Of a stretch of DNA of 64,000 nt, positions 61,268 through 64,000 are shown one piece after another. How positions within the stretch are numbered: position 1 is the stretch's first letter; every line of letters begins with the position of its first letter. Position numbers and translations under genes: made by a program. The notes beneath the pieces are model-generated. The model saw only the letters and a list, made by a program, of their open reading frames with translations, was not told the origin of the DNA and did no database searches. The stretch comes from Camelus ferus (lineage: Eukaryota), in contig NC_045697.1 in the NCBI RefSeq assembly GCF_009834535.1, positions 108,378,001 to 108,442,000 on the forward strand. The letters are read 5' to 3'.

Positions 61268-62729
61268 CAGTATGAACTGGAGGTTTTCACTTAACATTAT
61301 CATAACCATGTTCTCATGTTATTATCATTGTCTTGAAATATTTTTTGATAACTATAGAGTATTATATCATATGAATGTGTGATCATTTTCTAGAAAAGCC
61401 CCCTATTGTTTCATATGTAGATTGTTTTCAAGTATTCACTATTATAGATTCTAAAATCGTGAATTTTTTTGTACATGAGAACCATCTCTGCATTCCTGGC
61501 TCTGTGTATTAATTATTTAATATACTTTTAAATTACATTTTCCAGCACTGTATTTTATTCAGAAGTTTTGCATCTTCTCATGGACAGTTTCCAAAACTTG
61601 TGAAATGCATGCAGGCAACATCGCTGTGTTCCGTGTTTCAGAGAGCATTGTCTTGGGGAAGGGGGTCAAAATGGGTGGCAGCTGATGCTGTCTGGGAATC
61701 GTCCTGGTCCCACAGCTCTTGAACACTGTACTTGCTACAGGTCCTCTGAAGAATGCAAAGCCAAAGTGATTCCATTGGCATTGGAATTAGAGCAACTGTT
61801 CTATTATTGTGTGCAAACTCCTGCTATAAATAACCTGACAGTACCCATCTGCATGGGATGCAAAAAAACAAGAAACATGCAAAGTAAAGACCAAAATAGA
61901 CCTGGGGTCCATCTGGTGCACCCTCTCCATGGGGCCCCAAACAGATGGTGCAAATTCCCAAGATATACCTGCCCAATGGCCTTGTCCTCTCTTGGGGAGG
62001 AGGGGTGATTCCTTTCAGCAAATGGCCCAGCCAAAAAGGAAAGGGAATTGAGCCACTGAGATCCATCCTTTTATTCAATAAATAATTTTTTGAATATTTG
62101 ACATGTTCCAGGCATTGTTCTCAGTCCTAGGAATACAACAATGAACCAGAGAGGCAAGTTCCCTGAGCTCTCGCTCTCTATTTTCCATCCCCATTTTGCC
62201 AGCTTTTCCTCCTCTCTCCCTACCTGACCTTCTTCTGTTCTCCGAGTTGGATGACGCAGGCTGGGGGTCCTCTTTCCACTGAGTTTTCTCTCGAGATCAA
62301 TTTGCAACAGCTGGGAACAGTTCAGTACTTTGCCATTACTTCAGCTTGACTCCCCATCCTCTAGGCTTACTGGCCAGTCCTGGAGGTCAGAGGCTATGAC
62401 CTGTTCATCTGTGAACCTCTGACCTAGCCACAGTGTTCAGTACCTACACAGTGCTCAGTAAGCAATGAACTTCAGAAGACTTCAGCTTTTCAAAAGAAGA
62501 GACCCACCATCTCTGAAGAAGTTCTCCAGAAACGGGCATCACCTTCTCTCCCTGATCTCTCCTCTGAGGACCAGAAAAGATAATAATCGTCTCCTGAGGA
62601 GACGTGGCAGAGGGTCCAAGGCCGGTCAGGTCAGGTCCACCCTGAGGCTTGGTTACTGTGCGTTAAACTGGGAGGGGCTCTTTCTTTCTGGGTCTCGCTG
62701 GCATTTGTCAACTCTGAGGGTGGAGATGG

Positions 62730-62797
62730 AGATATAGATAGAAACAGACAGGTAGATATATATAGACAGACTGGTAGACAGATAGATGGATGATAGA
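62730..62797. repeat. Degenerate (GATA/GACA)n tract
   Basis: agatatagatagaaacagacaggtagatatatagacagac...agacagatagatgg. Confidence 0.7.
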
Positions 62798-64000
62798 GGA
62801 AGCGGAAACTGGCAGGGAACACCGTGTGTCACAGGCAGGAAAGAGATGAAAGGAGAAAAGTAAGACTGATTATAGCCCAAAGCACCAAAGCGCGGAGTGA
62901 TCCACACAGAGGTGAGGCTCATCAGGACACGCAGGAATTAGCGCTTTCCAGAGACAGTGGCGGGGCTTTAAAGGTTTTTTAAAAAGCAAGGGCTCCTCAC
63001 TTCTACTGCTTGTAGCCAGAGGGGAAAAAAGAAAAGAGGACTGTCTATGAACGCCTTCAGCAGAGGGAAATGAAGACACATACTGATATACACACGTATT
63101 GGAGTCATATGTCCTAAAAAGTAATGCGATGACTTCAGGGCACCCATTTCTGATGAAATCCAAATCCGGTCGTGTCTCAGGGTATGTTTCTCACAGCAAA
63201 GTTGCCTCAGTTCCTGAGGGAGAAAGAGAGAAGATTTGCAGTCCTTCGGAAGGCTGGGTCCTGGGGTTCTGCAAGGAAGGTTTGGAGAATGATGACTTTG
63301 CAAACAGGGGGCTCTGCCCTTATTTATTCACTGCCTGCACCCCACACGGCGTTTTCTCACAGTGCGGGGGTGCTACCAGTGGGGGGTGAAGCTACAACAC
63401 GACCTCCAAAAGGTAAACTAATGAGAAAATGAGGGCAGACCCAACAGGACATATGCTTGGCCCAGTGTCTTTGAGCTTCCTGGCAAGTCATGACTCATGA
63501 GAAATCAAGCCAAGTAACTGAGAAAGAACTCAAGTCTGAATGTGGTCCTTAATCCAACCCAACCGTCAGTGCCAGGAGGGATAAAATCAAGTAGAAAATC
63601 TTTCCACCTGCCAGAAAAAAAAAGAGAAAAATCACACATTGCAAGAAATGTCCAGTTAGGTGTGCCCTCTAGTAAAACAGCTTGGTGTGGGCTGTCAGCT
63701 ACGCTACTTCTGCTTCCCCAACCCCCTCTTATGAAGCCCACCTTCGAATATTCTGTGTTGCTTGTGGTGGGATTAAGAGTCAGGGGCATGTGGAATGGAT
63801 TCCATTCCAAACACCCACCTGGTCCTCTTTATTGCTAGCAAACACTCTGACCAACCACTGGATCCATGGAAATCTCAAGCCAAAGTGAAAACCTCGCTTT
63901 GGAGGCTGAGTTTCCCCTAGATCTCCCCCATCTTTTCTCCCTGAGATTAATAGGAGCTGTGTCCTGATATCAAGAGAAGAATAAGCCATGAAACGAGCCC

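Noticed and set aside
63661..63676. CTCF-like motifs (also near 27086, 28186 and 50671)
   Set aside because: Each deviates at high-information positions of CCASYAGRKGGC, so none is supportable without a PWM scan or ChIP data.
412..63989. ORFs of 60-177 aa in the six-frame track
   Set aside because: None resembles a cellular protein I recognise. Many start at non-ATG codons or overlap repeats, and their size and number fit chance ORFs in mammalian non-coding DNA. Small spliced exons cannot be fully excluded without alignment.

Overview
This window is mammalian non-coding DNA (a large intron or intergenic region), not prokaryotic sequence. Its young SINEs have heads nearly identical to tRNA-Ala(AGC) followed by an (AAAT)n-AAACCTAATTACC-(C)n tail, and resemble the camelid vic-1 SINE. 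Its young L1 3' ends are of the cetartiodactyl type. I saw no Alu, Bov-A/Bov-tA, PRE-1 or CAN SINEs, so a camelid (Camelus/Vicugna/Lama) is the most likely source (inference). I found no protein-coding exon, real tRNA/rRNA gene or CRISPR array. The ORF track holds only chance ORFs and decayed L1 ORF2 pieces. Much of the window is recognisable transposon remains: L1, L2, MIR, camelid SINEs, ERV1/MaLR/MER21 solo LTRs, and hAT and Tigger MITEs, many with visible target-site duplications (TSDs). Unique blocks between them carry enhancer-like motif clusters. The most interesting items are two MER41-like solo LTRs 3.8 kb apart with altered STAT sites, a SINE that apparently carried a polyadenylated 3' transduction, a head-to-head inverted SINE pair, a TSD-perfect ERV1 LTR with a PBX-PREP/MEIS decamer, a CpG/ETS/STAT-rich unique block at 45.6-47.1 kb, and a hairpin-bearing GATA-rich block at 60.1-60.4 kb. 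I cannot support a wholly new biological system from sequence alone. Repeat family names come from my recall of consensus sequences, not a database search, and boundaries of old repeats are approximate.
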